Source: Massalongia carnosa
Lineage: Eukaryota
Reading direction: 5' to 3'
DNA length: 64,000 bases
Assembly: GCA_965645245.1 (NCBI GenBank)
Contig: OZ287072.1
Location: 868,001-932,000, forward strand
Shown one piece after another: positions 40,113-52,579 of this stretch (the stretch's first letter is position 1; every line of letters starts with the position of its first letter). The translations under genes were made by a program, and so were the position numbers. The notes beneath the pieces were generated by a model that saw only the letters and a program-made list of their open reading frames with translations, did not search any database and was not told where the DNA came from.

Positions 40113-42171
40113 ATGCCTGTGGAAAGACGGACTTTGAGGTCTAACAAGGAGTCTTCATCGTCGACAAATGGGGAGAAAGCACGATCTGACTCCCAAAACT
40201 CGAGCTCCAACAAAGATAAGCAGGTTCCGACGCGAACAACGTCATCAAAAGCCAAAACTTTACATTTAAAGAAAGGCAGTATCAACTCTGCAACGAAAGA
40301 GTCCATTGGAGACAAACATCAAATCAACGGCACGGAGCCTGTGGAGAATGGGGTAAACGGCTCTGAAGATGTTGAGATGGTGGATGATGGGCAAGAACTG
40401 GTGAAACCGGGCATCAACAAGGAAGGCGACGACGAAATGACAGTTGTCGTACCGCCACCAAAAGGTACAAAGCTCTCTGGCGATCCTAATCCGGACGAGG
40501 AGGGTGATATTGTAATGGAAAATGCCGAGAAAAATGAGATTGACTTATCAGAGGCGGAGAAAGTTGATCCCAAAGTCAAGGCCATCACCGGTCAGTCTCG
40601 ACTCGTTTGGAGCGGACTCCGTATGAGTTACTAATATCTAACGTAGACATCAAAGCTAAATTTATACTCCTTGAACGCGCCGTCACCCAGTTCGATGCCC
40701 GTTTTACTCTGCGAGTCCTTCGGTCTATGTCGTCTGTGCGAAAATATCTCTCCCTTGAACTTCTAGTACAAATCATTACGGAGACCTACTCTTCGACCAG
40801 CCCTGTTGCCAAATCACTTCTGGCAGCGATAGGCGAGGAAAATGCCTCATTCGAGGCGCCAGATGCTGGTCAAGATATGGATATCGACGTACAAGGGAAG
40901 GACAAATCTTACGCAGCGTCAAAGTCCGCCACTACATCCAAAGAAGTCCTTCCTGAAGTCGATGTTTACCTGTCCATCTTGATCCAGATACATCTCTACG
41001 ATACTAAAGCTATTGAAGTCGGCGCAAAGTTTTCCAGCAACGTTGTTGGCAGATTACGTTCCCTCAACCGCCGCACGCTTGATCCGTTGTCCGCTCGTGT
41101 ATACTTTTATTACTCACTCTTCTTCGAGCAACTGGCCCCGCTACCCCCATCGCCCCTAGCATCTGTTGTATCTATCCGACAGAATTTGCTTGCGGCACTT
41201 CGAACGTCTGTCCTACGGAAAGATCAGGATACCCGAGCCACTGTTACTACGCTGTTGCTCCGAAACTACCTTTCGACTGCACATATCTCGCAAGCCGATC
41301 TTTTAATCTCCCATTCCGAATTCCCTTCCTCCGCTTCAAGCAACCAGATTGCGCGTTACCTATACTACCTGGGCCGCATACGTGCAATTCAGCTATCATA
41401 CACGGAAGCACATGAGCACTTAATTGGCGCTACCCGTAAATCGCCGGCCACCCCTAGCGCGGGTGGATTCTATCAAGCATCTTCTAAACTGTTGATAGTC
41501 GTTGAGCTTCTTATGGGCGATATTCCAGATCGAGCAATATTCCGTCAACCAAGTCTAGAGCGCGCCATGCAACCTTATTTGAGCCTGGTGCAAGCAGTAC
41601 GGGTTGGTAAAATTGACGGTTTCCTCAACGTGGTTCAGACGCATAATGCCATCTTCCGTCGTGATGGCACCTATACATTGATCCTCCGCTTACGGCAGAA
41701 CGTCATTAAGACAGGCATTCGTATGATGTCTCTTTCATACACTCGTATCTCTCTGAGAGACATCTGCTATAAGCTGGACCTTGAGAGCGAAGAGTCGGCC
41801 GAGTACATTGTAGCTAAGGCGATCCGCGATGGTGTCATTGAGGCAACCCTAGACCATGAGCACGGCTTCATGAAGAGTAAGGAGGTTGGAGACATCTACG
41901 CCACTAGAGAGCCTGGCGAAGCGTTCCATGAGCGGATCCGAGCGTGTCTTGATTTGCATGATGAAAGCGTCAAGGTATAAGCCTGAAAATCATGAATGAA
42001 CGCTTCGTATGCTAACTACCGGTTTAGGCAATGAGGTTTCCAATGAACCAACATCGCTTAGAACTGAAGAACGCACAAGAGGCTCGAGAGCGAGAGAGGG
42101 AATTGGCGAAAGAGATAGTGGAAGGAGACTTGGATGACGATGAAGCCGGTGGGGATTTTGAGGGGATGTAA
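40113..42171 (+). CDS. RPN3: 26S proteasome lid subunit Rpn3
   Basis: NRRTLD..SARVYFYY, NQIARYLYYLGRIRAIQLSY, LRLRQNVIKTGIR and EYIVAKAIRDGVIEA; introns 40591-40646 and 41975-42027. Confidence 0.96.
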
Positions 42172-42657
42172 GAGGTCAGGGGCACTAACTTAAATTGTGA
42201 TGCTCAAGCGGTCAACCGGCCACTGACAGCTGCATTGTATCAATCCGGAGGAGTCCAGTCAGTTCATATCCCTTGTGTTGCTATCACCATACCCTGCCCT
42301 TTCCCTTTTTGGGGGGGGCTTCTGGCCGCCTACGGTTATTTGGCATTTGAAAGGCGCGCTTTCACAAGTTTTTACACCAACCTGTGATAGCTCTAATTTG
42401 GCTTCTATCACCCACCTTGTACTTTCAGAACCGTCCCTGAGAATGGTAGACAGTTACCATAGCATCCAAATAGAAGCTCGAATTTAGTCGTCGTTCATCT
42501 ATCAGGGCTTCATTGTGTGAACGGGCGCAATTCTTCCCCAACTTCTAGCTTAAAGGATAAGTACTTCCATTTCGGTGACTTTGTGCATAGACATTTCAAC
42601 TTCCCCTGTCCTCTCCGCCGGGATCCATATTCATGTAGATATGTAGTACTTCCAAAA

Positions 42658-43677
42658 ATGATCGACCCCTCCAGTCGCCTCCGTCGCGCCATCCACCTCA
42701 ACGACCTCCTCCTCCTCAAACGAATCGTCAAAAACAACCCGCGCACCCTCCAAGCCCCCGACCTCGCCGACAACGGCAACACCCCCCTCCACCTCGCCGC
42801 CCAACTCGGCCTGCTCGAGATCGCCGTTCGTTCTCCTGCTCCTCCCCCTCCTCCACCCTCCGTACATCTACCTCCGTTCCCAATCCCCCTCACGCCCCCC
42901 CCCTCCGGCATCTACCAATAAAGCAGAAAATCATAAAACTAACCCCCTCACCACCCTCGGCGGTGCAAACAGGAATTCCTTATCGACGCCGGCCATGAAG
43001 ACGCGGGTATCAGCCGCAATGCCAACTTCGACACCCCGCTCCACCTCGCAGTCGAGGCCTCGGAGCCCGTAGCCGCGTTGCTGACGGTGCGGTTCCCGCG
43101 CTGCATCCGGGCGAGGAACAAGCAAGGGGCTGATCCTGTGCGTAACCGAAAAAAAGCAACCCCCTTTTTGCTCTTTCCTTCTTCCTCTTACTCCCACTTC
43201 CTCGCTCGTCCCCGCCCCTCCCCTTCGGCACAAACAACAACAAACATCCCAACCCCCCTTCCAAAAGCAAGCAAGCAAGCAAGCCCAAAACTAATACCAA
43301 AATGGGGGAACCCCCCTGAACAGATAATGCTCCTCTCGCGCACGCCGCACGCCTCCTTCCTCCTCCCCGTACTCCTACACCCCTGTCCTCCCTCCCCCCT
43401 CCCCCCCCCCACATCCCAGTATCGCGCGCCCCCGCCGCGAGATCTTCTACAAGCCGCCGACCTTAACGGTAATACGGCGCTACATTACGCGTCCGCGTAC
43501 GGGCAGCTGAAGGGCGTGCGAGCGCTGCTGGAGGCGGGGGCAGACCCGGGCAGGCGGAACGCGTGGTGCTGGACGGCGGTTAGCTATAGCTTTAGCGTGC
43601 AGGCGGAGGTGTATTTTAAGGGGTTGGTGGGGGACGGAGGGGGTGGTGGGGGTAGAAAGGGGGGAGCCGAGGGCTGA
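42658..43677 (+). CDS. AVO2: Ankyrin-repeat protein, TORC2 subunit Avo2-like
   Basis: MIDPSSRLRRAIHLNDLLLLKRIVKNNP, GNTPLHLAA, AGHEDAGISRN and GNTALHYASAYGQLK...WTAVSYS..VQAEVYFK. Introns 42826-42972 and 43138-43323. Confidence 0.78.
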
Positions 43678-44060
43678 TTGGTTTTTTAAGGAGTTTTTAG
43701 GGGAAAGGGAAAGGGAGTTCTTCCTCTATTAGGAGGGGAGATGATATGACTGGTTATGAGAGACGAGGCTCTGAAAGGGGGGACTGGGGAATGTATTGTT
43801 CTAAGATATGATAGGAATGGGGAAGTCATTCTCCCACCCATCCGGCTTCTATGGGTCTATAAAGGAGCTTGGGAAGGAGTAGATAATGTCACCTAGGATG
43901 TCTGATGCGAACAAAATCTTGCTCCCAAATTTACGCAAGGCCGAATATGGTGCTTATAGGTATCATACAATAACGTAACGCTCTGTTTTCTTTTGAGGGG
44001 GAAAAACCATCAAGCGGTCTCACCAACTTCCAAACTCTAGTGAGTCCGGAATGAAGCCCA

Positions 44061-45550
44061 TTATTTCCTCCTCTTCATTGTCTTTACGCACATTTCTAGC
44101 AAGCCATGCTTGGCTTCCGAGTCTGGGAACTCTTGAATCGCGGCCGCCGCCTTGTCGGCGTAATCCTGCGCCAGGGCTCTTGTCTGCGCGAGCCCGTCGC
44201 TGCGCGCCACAATCTCCCTTGCCTGTTGAACCCATTTGTCAGCAGATACACACACGCGCGCGCACACACACACACCCATCGAGTGAGTTCGCTAGGTATG
44301 AAAATTGAGCAGGTCCTCACCGTCTGAACGTCGCCCGCCCCCGCGAACTTACGTCCAACAAGGGCCCCGAGAGCGGCATTCTCCTTCCACGCGAACAGCA
44401 GCGGCGCCGTGGCGAGGCCGAGTTCCAGGTCGGCTCCGGCCAGTTTCCCCAGCTCTTCGCCGCTAATAGTATAGTCGAGCATATCATCGACCAGCTGGAA
44501 GGCCAGCCCGAGGTTTCTGCCGTACGAGTAGGCCGCCTCGACCACCTCGGGTGAGCTCTGACCCAGCAGTGCGGCTGCGCGGCAGGATTTGCTGATCAGG
44601 CTGGCGGATTTAAGGTAGGTTTTTTGGAGATAGTAGGAGATGGTATCCTCGGTCCATCGGGGATGCGATTCATCCAGGGCGGTGTTTTTCAATTGCATGA
44701 ATTCCCCCTCGACGAGATTGGCGATTACGGTCGCGAGCAACTCTATCACTTCTGCGTCCCGCAATCTTGCCAGCGCCACCGACGCCCTACCTAGGAGAAA
44801 GTCGCCAGCCAGGACGGCCATTTTGTTGCCAAAGGAAATATTCGCTGAAGGCGAGGATCTTCGGATTAGAGAATTGTCGATCACATCATCGTGTAGCAAT
44901 GATGCCGTGTGGATTAGTTCTGCAATTTCTGCGAGGCGTCTTTGGGAGGGCAGAATTTGGGAGTCTTCGGGAGCGTAATCGGTAATGACGGCGGGCGTTA
45001 ACAATGGATTGGTGCTGGGTGATAACGGGTTGATGTCTGAGAGGATTGTAGAGGGAGAAATCGGGTCGTCTATTGTGGAAGAGCTAGGAGGAGCGAATTT
45101 TCTAGGTGTTTTTGGGGCGAGAGATGTAGCTCGCGACATTAGGAGGACAATGAGCGGCCGAATATGCTTGCCCTCAGAATTGGTGTAGTATTTTGCAACA
45201 GTATCAAGGATTGGATGCCCCGAGCCCAAGAGCTGCTGAATGTTCCTCCGAAGAAACTTCATCTCTTTCCCCACAATACGCAGTGGATCGACGGAGATGC
45301 CAGCGAATGCAGTGTCTTCTTTGTGTCCGTTGTGCAAGAGACTCTGCGCGACTGAGACGGCTTGTGCCCATGATGACTGTGTCCGCCGCCGCCGTGCGGG
45401 GGGGAATTGAAGTGAAAGCTGTAAGACGGTCCGCCGTGCAAGCTGAAGGTATCTGATCTGATGACACTCTGGGCATAAAAAGCGCTGATATCTGGGTGCT
45501 TTGAAAGAACTATTCAAGAGAACTTGGCCCAGGGGGCGGCCGAGTTTCAT
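44061..45550 (-). CDS. COQ1: Polyprenyl (hexa/decaprenyl) diphosphate synthase
   Basis: EGKHIRPL, ELIHTASLLHDDVID (FARM), AVLAGDFLL, YLKSASL and LGLAFQLVDDMLD (SARM). Intron 44320-44223. Confidence 0.95.
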
Positions 45551-45911
45551 GCTCAAGCAATATTAGAACTTTTTCACATGATATTAAGATTGTGTCAAAG
45601 TCTTTCTTGGCTTTCAACCCTAGAAATGTCAGCATGGTATATATTACGAGAAATTTACGTTCATGCGCTTCATACCCGAGTTCAAAATACGCATACATGG
45701 ATTTAGCGACGTAGGAAGCGGTGGGCAAAGCTCATGAGTGGTAAGTAGCTATTTTGTATAGTTATTGATAACTTTCTGTACGTCACATATTGAATTTGAT
45801 TGGTAGCCGTGGTCCGAGACCAAAGCAAAGTCCGCTACCCGACGAATGAGCTCCCTTCAAGGCATCAATCATTGAGAATTCAAGGCTCCCACCCTACTGC
45901 CCTAGGGAAAG

Positions 45912-46778
45912 ATGGTTTACTTGACCATGACATCTGCTATTGTAGCAGCCCTGGATACGGTGGAGCGCCTCCATCTAGAACTTAGGGATGCTGGCAATGC
46001 CCCAGCATCTAGGGATTCTTTGGTCAATCCAGCCGTAGGAAATCCTATTAGCCATGATCAGGTCATTACGATTTCAAAAATTCTTCGAAAGCAGGGCGAT
46101 ATATCTTCAATCATATCGGTGCCATCATACCATCTAGACGACCTCTTGAAAGGCTCCAGAATTTACCACGAATCCCCCAAACCAAGGATAGAGCCTGTAA
46201 GTCGCATGATTTGAATCGTAACATGTACACAAGCGAACTGAACACATTAGACATCCAGCTACAAAGCCTTAATGGCACGTCTTCGTCAGGAGGAGGAGGC
46301 TCGAGCCTACGAACGAATGATCAATCCTCCTCCGCCTGCAGAGACCTTCGCAGGCAGATTCCCTTCGACGAACGCTAAGCTATTTCCCCCCACGTCACAG
46401 GCTGAAATCGATGAGGATGATGAAATTACCTACGCGGATATCAACCGGCAGATGGCGCTGATTATCAACATTCTAGTCTCTATCGTTGCTTGCAGCGTTG
46501 CAATCTGGATGGCTTCTAGCCGTTGGAGCACACCAAAAAGACTTGGGTTAAGCATGGGGGGGAGTGTTATGGTTGGAGTTGGGGAGGTGGTCGTGTATGC
46601 GGGCTATCTACGAAGACTAAAAGAAGCCCGGAAGAAAGGGAGGAAGGAAGTTGAGGTTAAAGAAATTATGAGAACGTGGATTATTGGTGGCAAAGAATCG
46701 AAAGATGACGAGGATAAAATCCAGGAGATTCTGTCGCCCATGCCAGAGGAGAACCTTCGAAGGCGACGGGCCAAATGA
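45912..46778 (+). CDS. VMA12: ER V-ATPase assembly factor Vma12/Vph2 (TMEM199)
   Basis: MVYLTMT.., GNPISHDQ, LDDLLKGSRIY, YKALMARLRQEEEARAYERM, two TM helices and EVVVYAGY. Intron 46197-46250. Confidence 0.85.
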
Positions 46779-47736
46779 TTTGATTCCTACCACCACTACC
46801 ATCCGCTCTCGTAAAAAAAAAAAGAGCATGGTTTAGAAAGTTCTTTGGGTAGATTTCAGACACGAGGAAACCAAAGGACGCGCTGGCGCAATGTTGTACA
46901 CAAATATACCATCGGTTTCCCAAGTTGGCACACCACAAGGATCATATACTGTATCCAGGTTGCATTCGCTGGCAAAGTATCTCTGCATTCTGTACAGGTT
47001 GGGGCGCTATGCAGCTTTTAACACGGCAAATTCAGGCGAAGACCGCCACCAGAATGCTTTACTTTGAACAAAACGTTGGCTGGGCTGTTTGTCTATGTCG
47101 TCAACCAAGAGATCGTTCTCCTCATGGCGGCAATAGCCTGGAGATGAATTCGGATGATATATCGAAAAGGCTTTCAATGATACGACTACCTACAGAGGTA
47201 CGTAACTATGACAGAGTACTCTGTAATCTTCACATCCCTGGAGTCGAACCTCTATCGGTTTCTTATCCGTCATACTAACCCAATTAAGCCTAGGATGCGG
47301 CGCCGTCTGCTCTGGAAGTCTTTGAGGTACGAGTATTACCCTCAGAAGTTGATTCACGTGAACTTCCCGGTTACAAGTTTCTCCGCACACACGCCTACCC
47401 TCACCCGAATCGCTCAGATTGCTACCACACCCCATAACTGACCCTATGTCAGGCTTTCTGCGATTCGATTCTTCCTACCCGACCGGTTCTGCTCTTCCCT
47501 TTCAATGTTCACAAAGCGTTATAGAATCAGCTGTCGGCTGATCACAACATAAGACGAGATACCTATCTGGGTAGGTATGTGCAAAGTCACGTTAGCTTCT
47601 CTCATGACCAGGCCTTCATATTATTGAGCAGGGTCTATTTTTATTTTCTGGCTCATCCCGACGTTCATGGCATCTGCTCCATCTAAGGATACACACACAA
47701 CTTCCTTGCCCACTCCCGCCCCACGGTACTTTCACC

Positions 47737-49265
47737 ATGACTACGCGTGAAGATCTAATCACAGTCCTTGCATCTTCTCGGGCCGTTATCTCAGGCAAAC
47801 TTGTATCCGCCACAATAGTCATATCACTAGTTTCGGGCAAGATAACGTCAATTTTCCATTCAGTCCTTCCTCCCACCGATTTCCCGATCGGGACCCCTTA
47901 CGTTGATCATTCACCTCACCTTCTCCTTCCTGGTCTCGTAGACGCTCATGTACACTTGAATGAGCCGGGGAGGACAGAATGGGAAGGATTTTGGACAGGC
48001 ACAAGGGCTGCCGCCTTTGGAGGCGTGACGACTGTGATTGATATGCCCTTGAACGCCATTCCACCAACTACCACAGTAGCGGGACTGAGAGAAAAGGTGG
48101 CGGCTGCACAAGGGCAATGCTGGGTCGACGTCGGCTTCTACGGGGGGATCGTTCCTGGAAACGCATCTGAGCTCAAAAACCTGATCAAAGCAGGCGTTAA
48201 GGGCTTTAAGGGCTTTCTGATTGATAGTGGAGTATGTCGATGTTTAACCTTGTATGGTAGAAACTCTGACTCTTAAGACAGGTAGAAGAGTTCCCGGCCG
48301 TCTCTCCGGTTGACATCGCAATAGCGATGACTGAACTGGCCGATGAGCCAACAACATTGATGTTCCATGCAGAGATGATTCCGCCCGTCTCGGACTCAGT
48401 TGGAGATGACGTGCAACAGTCACTACCACTTCGTGCTTTGGTCGGTCCCCGAAACGAGTACAGCTCCTTTCTTGCATCACGTCCAACGTCTTTGGAGACA
48501 TACGCCATCTCCAAAGTTCTTTCGCTCGCTTCTCTTGCCCCAAAACTTTCGTTACACATAGTTCATTTATCGGCTGTCGAGGCAATACCCTTAATTCGAG
48601 AAGCGCAGGCTTCTGGGGTACGTGTTTCAGCAGAAACATGTTTTCATTATCTTTCTTTAGCAGCAGAAACAATCAAACACGGGGATACAAGGTATAAGTG
48701 CTGTCCGCCTATCCGTGCTCAGTCCAATCAAGACGGCCTCTGGGATGAACTTTTCCGTGAAGTTGGCGCAATTACCACAGTGGTTTCCGACCATTCCCCA
48801 TGCACCCCAGATCTCAAATTGCTACCTTCAAGTATATCTGGAATTCACGATGTTGCTCAAGCAGCCGAGGGGGACTTCTTCGCCGCATGGGGTGGTGTAA
48901 GTTCGGTGGGCTTTGGACTAAGCATCTTATGGACCGAGGGACAAAAACGTGGTATCACAGCCGAACACATCGTAAGATGGTGTTGCTTGAACACGGCAAA
49001 GCAAGTCGGTCTGGAGCACCAGAAAGGGAACCTAGGTGTAGGCTTTGATGGTGATGTGGCGGTTTTCGATGAGGAGGCCACGTTCGAGGTAGGCCCAGAT
49101 ACGATGTTGTTCAGGAATAAGTATTCTCCATATCAGGGCAAGACGTTGAAAGGGGTGGTGAAGGAGACCTGGCTTAGAGGCCATAGAATATTTCAAAGAG
49201 ATGAGGGCTTTCGAGCTGAGGACTATCCGGTGGGGAAAGTGTTATTGGATCGTAGAATGAAGTAG
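47737..49265 (+). CDS. DAL1: Allantoinase
   Basis: LPGLVDAHVHLNEPGRTEWEG, GGVTTVIDMPLNAIPPT, GFKGFLIDSG|VEEFP, AETCFHYL, KCCPPIR and VSDHSPCT. Intron 48232-48281. Confidence 0.96.
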
Positions 49266-49645
49266 CCCGTAATTAGTGTGTTGAGATCTGAACATATTTA
49301 AACATTAGATACTTTTCCAACCTTTTTTGCTAGCCAAGCTGACACCAATAGCCGCTCATTCCACGCAGATCCTAATCCATTCCCGTGTGCACAAAACAAA
49401 ACGTGAGTGTTGCTTTATTGGGTTGTGATTTCGTGGCACTTTCCATTACATTGAACGAAGAGAGGTTTACATACTCACGTGATCTTATTTTCGTTGAACT
49501 AATTCGGAACGTTTTCATCGATGCTACCCGGTGCTCACCCCGAGACCTTCAAATCCAATTATCAACATCACCTCCTCCGTTTACGTCGATTTCTGCGGCA
49601 GATTCAATGGTCACGCTTGGCCGCTCTTGGTCTCAAGCTGTCTCC

Positions 49646-52579
49646 ATGGGTCAATCATCGTCTCAGATAGATCCGTTCAAAGACCCGGAGCCTTGCGACG
49701 AACAAGTGGCAAGGCCAGAGAAGAGCAAGCACAAGGGTCATCATAAGAAGAAATCAAAGAAGAGAAGCGAGGGCTCACTGCAAAGTGTGGATCGAGAAGA
49801 GGAAAGTGCCCGGGCTTTACTGCAATTGAGGGAAGATGCTGTGCATAATTCCCGAATATCGCCATTTGATGAGGACAACTTCGCTGCGTCAGCGCAGCTT
49901 TGGGCTGAGAGTTCCCCAGCGCATCCTGCAAGATCATATGATATCGAAAAGAGGATCAATGGAGATCTCGGGAAATCCAACAGCCATGCGCAGGACGACC
50001 AGAGGCGGAGAAAGCAGAGGAGGATGCGGAAGCACGAGGAGGTTGAGGTTTCGCAGCAAGGTTCAGAGCAATCATCCATTGTAATACACCAAGACGATGG
50101 GCGACCTTTCAAGAAAGTCAAACTTACCCAACCTACCAACGGGTTGAGTGGCGGATTTGGTCTCAATCGCTCTACGTTCAGCCTGGACGACATTCCTTCG
50201 GATGATGAAACCATTGCTGCTTTTTTCAAAGAATATGAGGATGAGCTTACAACTGTCGCTTCACAAGACCTGACACAGACTGAAGTCATTGGGTCTGAGT
50301 CTCAAATGCAGCGGCTAGCAGCTACAGTTGACCGTGATGAGCCTGACCCTTCTTTTAACCCTACATATCATCTCCTCTCCCGTAGCGCCACTCCTTGTCA
50401 CGACCGTGGAAAAAATAAGGGGAAACGGAAGTGTCGATCAGATTCAACCCTAGGGACAAATGAGGCTAGCAATGGAGAGCAGATGGAGGTAGACTCGGCC
50501 TTGGATAGAAATGAAGATGACTTCCACAAGCAGATGGATGACACAGGCCAGCCTGCTTATGCGCTAGACTTTGAAGCGTTTGATGCTTTCGTCAAAAACC
50601 AGCAGGGGGAGTTTGCTAATCTATCCCACCAATCTCAAACTTATGATTTTCCTCTTGATCCGGATTTAGTCCAAGACAAGCAGACGCAAGCGCCTGAAGG
50701 AGACGGAGCTGTAGTAGAAGTAAACGACTTTAGCCTTGATCAACCTAGCACCAATGGGAACCTGAAGAGAGTTTATTCGTCATCCAGGAAGCGCAGGCGA
50801 ACAGAGGAACGGTCACATGACGATTCCTTTGAACCTTCTAATGAGCCTTCACCCAATCTGTCTCAGGACCTTGCTATAAACCCTGAAGATCAGGTTCTTC
50901 CAGGAAACGAAGACTCGCAACATCCCTCTCCAGAAGAGACTACCTCATCTAGACCTGCAAGTGCTGAATCTATACTTTCTTCCAGGTCTCTTAGTGAAAT
51001 ACAACGGGAGAAGACCCCTCCGGCCATACCCAAACGCTCCAAACCTCGCGGTAACAAAACTCAGCAAGGCGGGAAGAAGGGAAAGAACTATGATCCGCCA
51101 CTAAAGCAGATTGCTCAAAAGGGTGGCATGTTCAAAGACTCTGAAGTCTCAAAACTAGATGAGCTAAGAGATCGATATTGTCGAGCAAATAACTTGACAA
51201 CGTGGCAATTCAATCAGATGATCCAGTCAAATGTTCGGATGAATCGAGCGGCTAAGGAACTCTGGGACGAGATTCACGAAATCACTCCGTATCGTACCAG
51301 AATGTCCACGATGCGCTTCTGTCGGCGTAGGTACCACAACTTCTCTGCCCGTGGCACCTGGACACACTCGGAGGACGAGAGTCTAAAGCACGCCGTTGCC
51401 GTAAAGGGAAAGTCTTGGAAAGCGGTGGGCGAGATGATCGATCGCTTTCCGGAGGACTGTAGAGATCGATATAGGAACTATCATGTCAATGCCGAACATC
51501 GGAATCGGGAACAATGGACAGAATCCGAGGTTCGGAATCTGTGCAGCGCTGTGTACGATTGCATGCTACTGATGAAGGAGGAAAGGAAGCAGGCTAGAGC
51601 GGAGAGGTTCCACGGGAGGGACATTCCGGACTCGGAACCAGAATCTGATGAGGAGATCCGGGAACTTAAACTGATCAACTGGCAAGCGGTAAGCGATCGC
51701 ATGGGCCATTCTGGAGGGGGAAGATCGCGACTGCAATGCAGTTTCAAATGGGGAAAGCTCAAAACGGCAGATCGGGATAAGTATCTAAAGGAAGTAGAAG
51801 CGGCTATAAGAGGGAAAAGGCAGGCGCAAAACGGAAAACGAAAACGAACAAGTCCCTGGCGATTAGCTCGAGCTCTCAGGAAATTACGCAATTTGAAAGC
51901 TGGGGACAGGTACGACTTCCTCCAAGCGCTGTCTACCTGTGGCGCCACGCAAGAGGACAAAATTCCCTGGCGAGCACTAGGAGACGAGGGTTTCCGGGCC
52001 CGGTGGCCTACCATAGAGAGGAAGGCGGCATGGGTGAAGTTCAAAGCCGAAGTCCCGAACGCCAAGAATATGGATTACCGCGACGTGATCAACCGGCTAC
52101 TCACGCAACTCATGGCCGAGAATATGGACAAGCTAGAGGAACGTTGGGATCCGAACAGGGACGGTGACGTGAATCTGGTGAAGCGGAAGCGTCGTTTGAC
52201 GGAGCAGGAAAAGCATGAGCGAGAAAAACTACGCCGGCAGGCACGGGAGCGGAAATTCAACTACAAAAGTCAAGAGTTCATCAAGTCGAGTGACGAGGAC
52301 GAGGAGTCCGGGCGGCCGGGGGATTTTCCCGCTCACGTGGAATCTGCGGCGGAACCCAGGGAGCCGAGTCGCACGAGCACCTCGCCAGCGCTTGGCGGCG
52401 CGAACGGGGAGGGCCCGCGCGACGAAGGCCCCCAAGACGCGGACCCAGGCGCCGAATCGAACTCGTCGCTCGGCACGGACGTCGAGATTGGAGACTCGGA
52501 CGACGACCTTTTCCTCGACATGGACGGCAACGTCAACGCCGATCTCACGAGCCATATCGAGTCGCTGCGTGGCGCCTGA
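49646..52579 (+). CDS. REB1: Reb1/Nsi1-like Myb-domain DNA-binding protein (Pol I terminator family)
   Basis: Long disordered N-terminus; Myb/SANT repeats RGTWTHSEDESL..GKSWKAVGEMIDRFPEDCRDRYRNY, WTESE and INWQAVSDRMG..RSRLQCSFKW. Start inferred at MGQSSSQ. Confidence 0.8.
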   Translation: MGQSSSQIDPFKDPEPCDEQVARPEKSKHKGHHKKKSKKRSEGSLQSVDREEESARALLQLREDAVHNSRISPFDEDNFAASAQLWAESSPAHPARSYDIEKRINGDLGKSNSHAQDDQRRRKQRRMRKHEEVEVSQQGSEQSSIVIHQDDGRPFKKVKLTQPTNGLSGGFGLNRSTFSLDDIPSDDETIAAFFKEYEDELTTVASQDLTQTEVIGSESQMQRLAATVDRDEPDPSFNPTYHLLSRSATPCHDRGKNKGKRKCRSDSTLGTNEASNGEQMEVDSALDRNEDDFHKQMDDTGQPAYALDFEAFDAFVKNQQGEFANLSHQSQTYDFPLDPDLVQDKQTQAPEGDGAVVEVNDFSLDQPSTNGNLKRVYSSSRKRRRTEERSHDDSFEPSNEPSPNLSQDLAINPEDQVLPGNEDSQHPSPEETTSSRPASAESILSSRSLSEIQREKTPPAIPKRSKPRGNKTQQGGKKGKNYDPPLKQIAQKGGMFKDSEVSKLDELRDRYCRANNLTTWQFNQMIQSNVRMNRAAKELWDEIHEITPYRTRMSTMRFCRRRYHNFSARGTWTHSEDESLKHAVAVKGKSWKAVGEMIDRFPEDCRDRYRNYHVNAEHRNREQWTESEVRNLCSAVYDCMLLMKEERKQARAERFHGRDIPDSEPESDEEIRELKLINWQAVSDRMGHSGGGRSRLQCSFKWGKLKTADRDKYLKEVEAAIRGKRQAQNGKRKRTSPWRLARALRKLRNLKAGDRYDFLQALSTCGATQEDKIPWRALGDEGFRARWPTIERKAAWVKFKAEVPNAKNMDYRDVINRLLTQLMAENMDKLEERWDPNRDGDVNLVKRKRRLTEQEKHEREKLRRQARERKFNYKSQEFIKSSDEDEESGRPGDFPAHVESAAEPREPSRTSTSPALGGANGEGPRDEGPQDADPGAESNSSLGTDVEIGDSDDDLFLDMDGNVNADLTSHIESLRGA

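Noticed and set aside
6312..45550. COQ9 and COQ1 as a ubiquinone gene cluster (likewise RPN3 and RPN12)
   Set aside because: They are separated by ~37 kb and ~14 kb of unrelated genes. Chance is sufficient unless synteny shows otherwise.
47230..47260. GGTTCGACTCC on the minus strand resembling a tRNA T-loop/B-box
   Set aside because: The flanks do not form a T-stem or cloverleaf.
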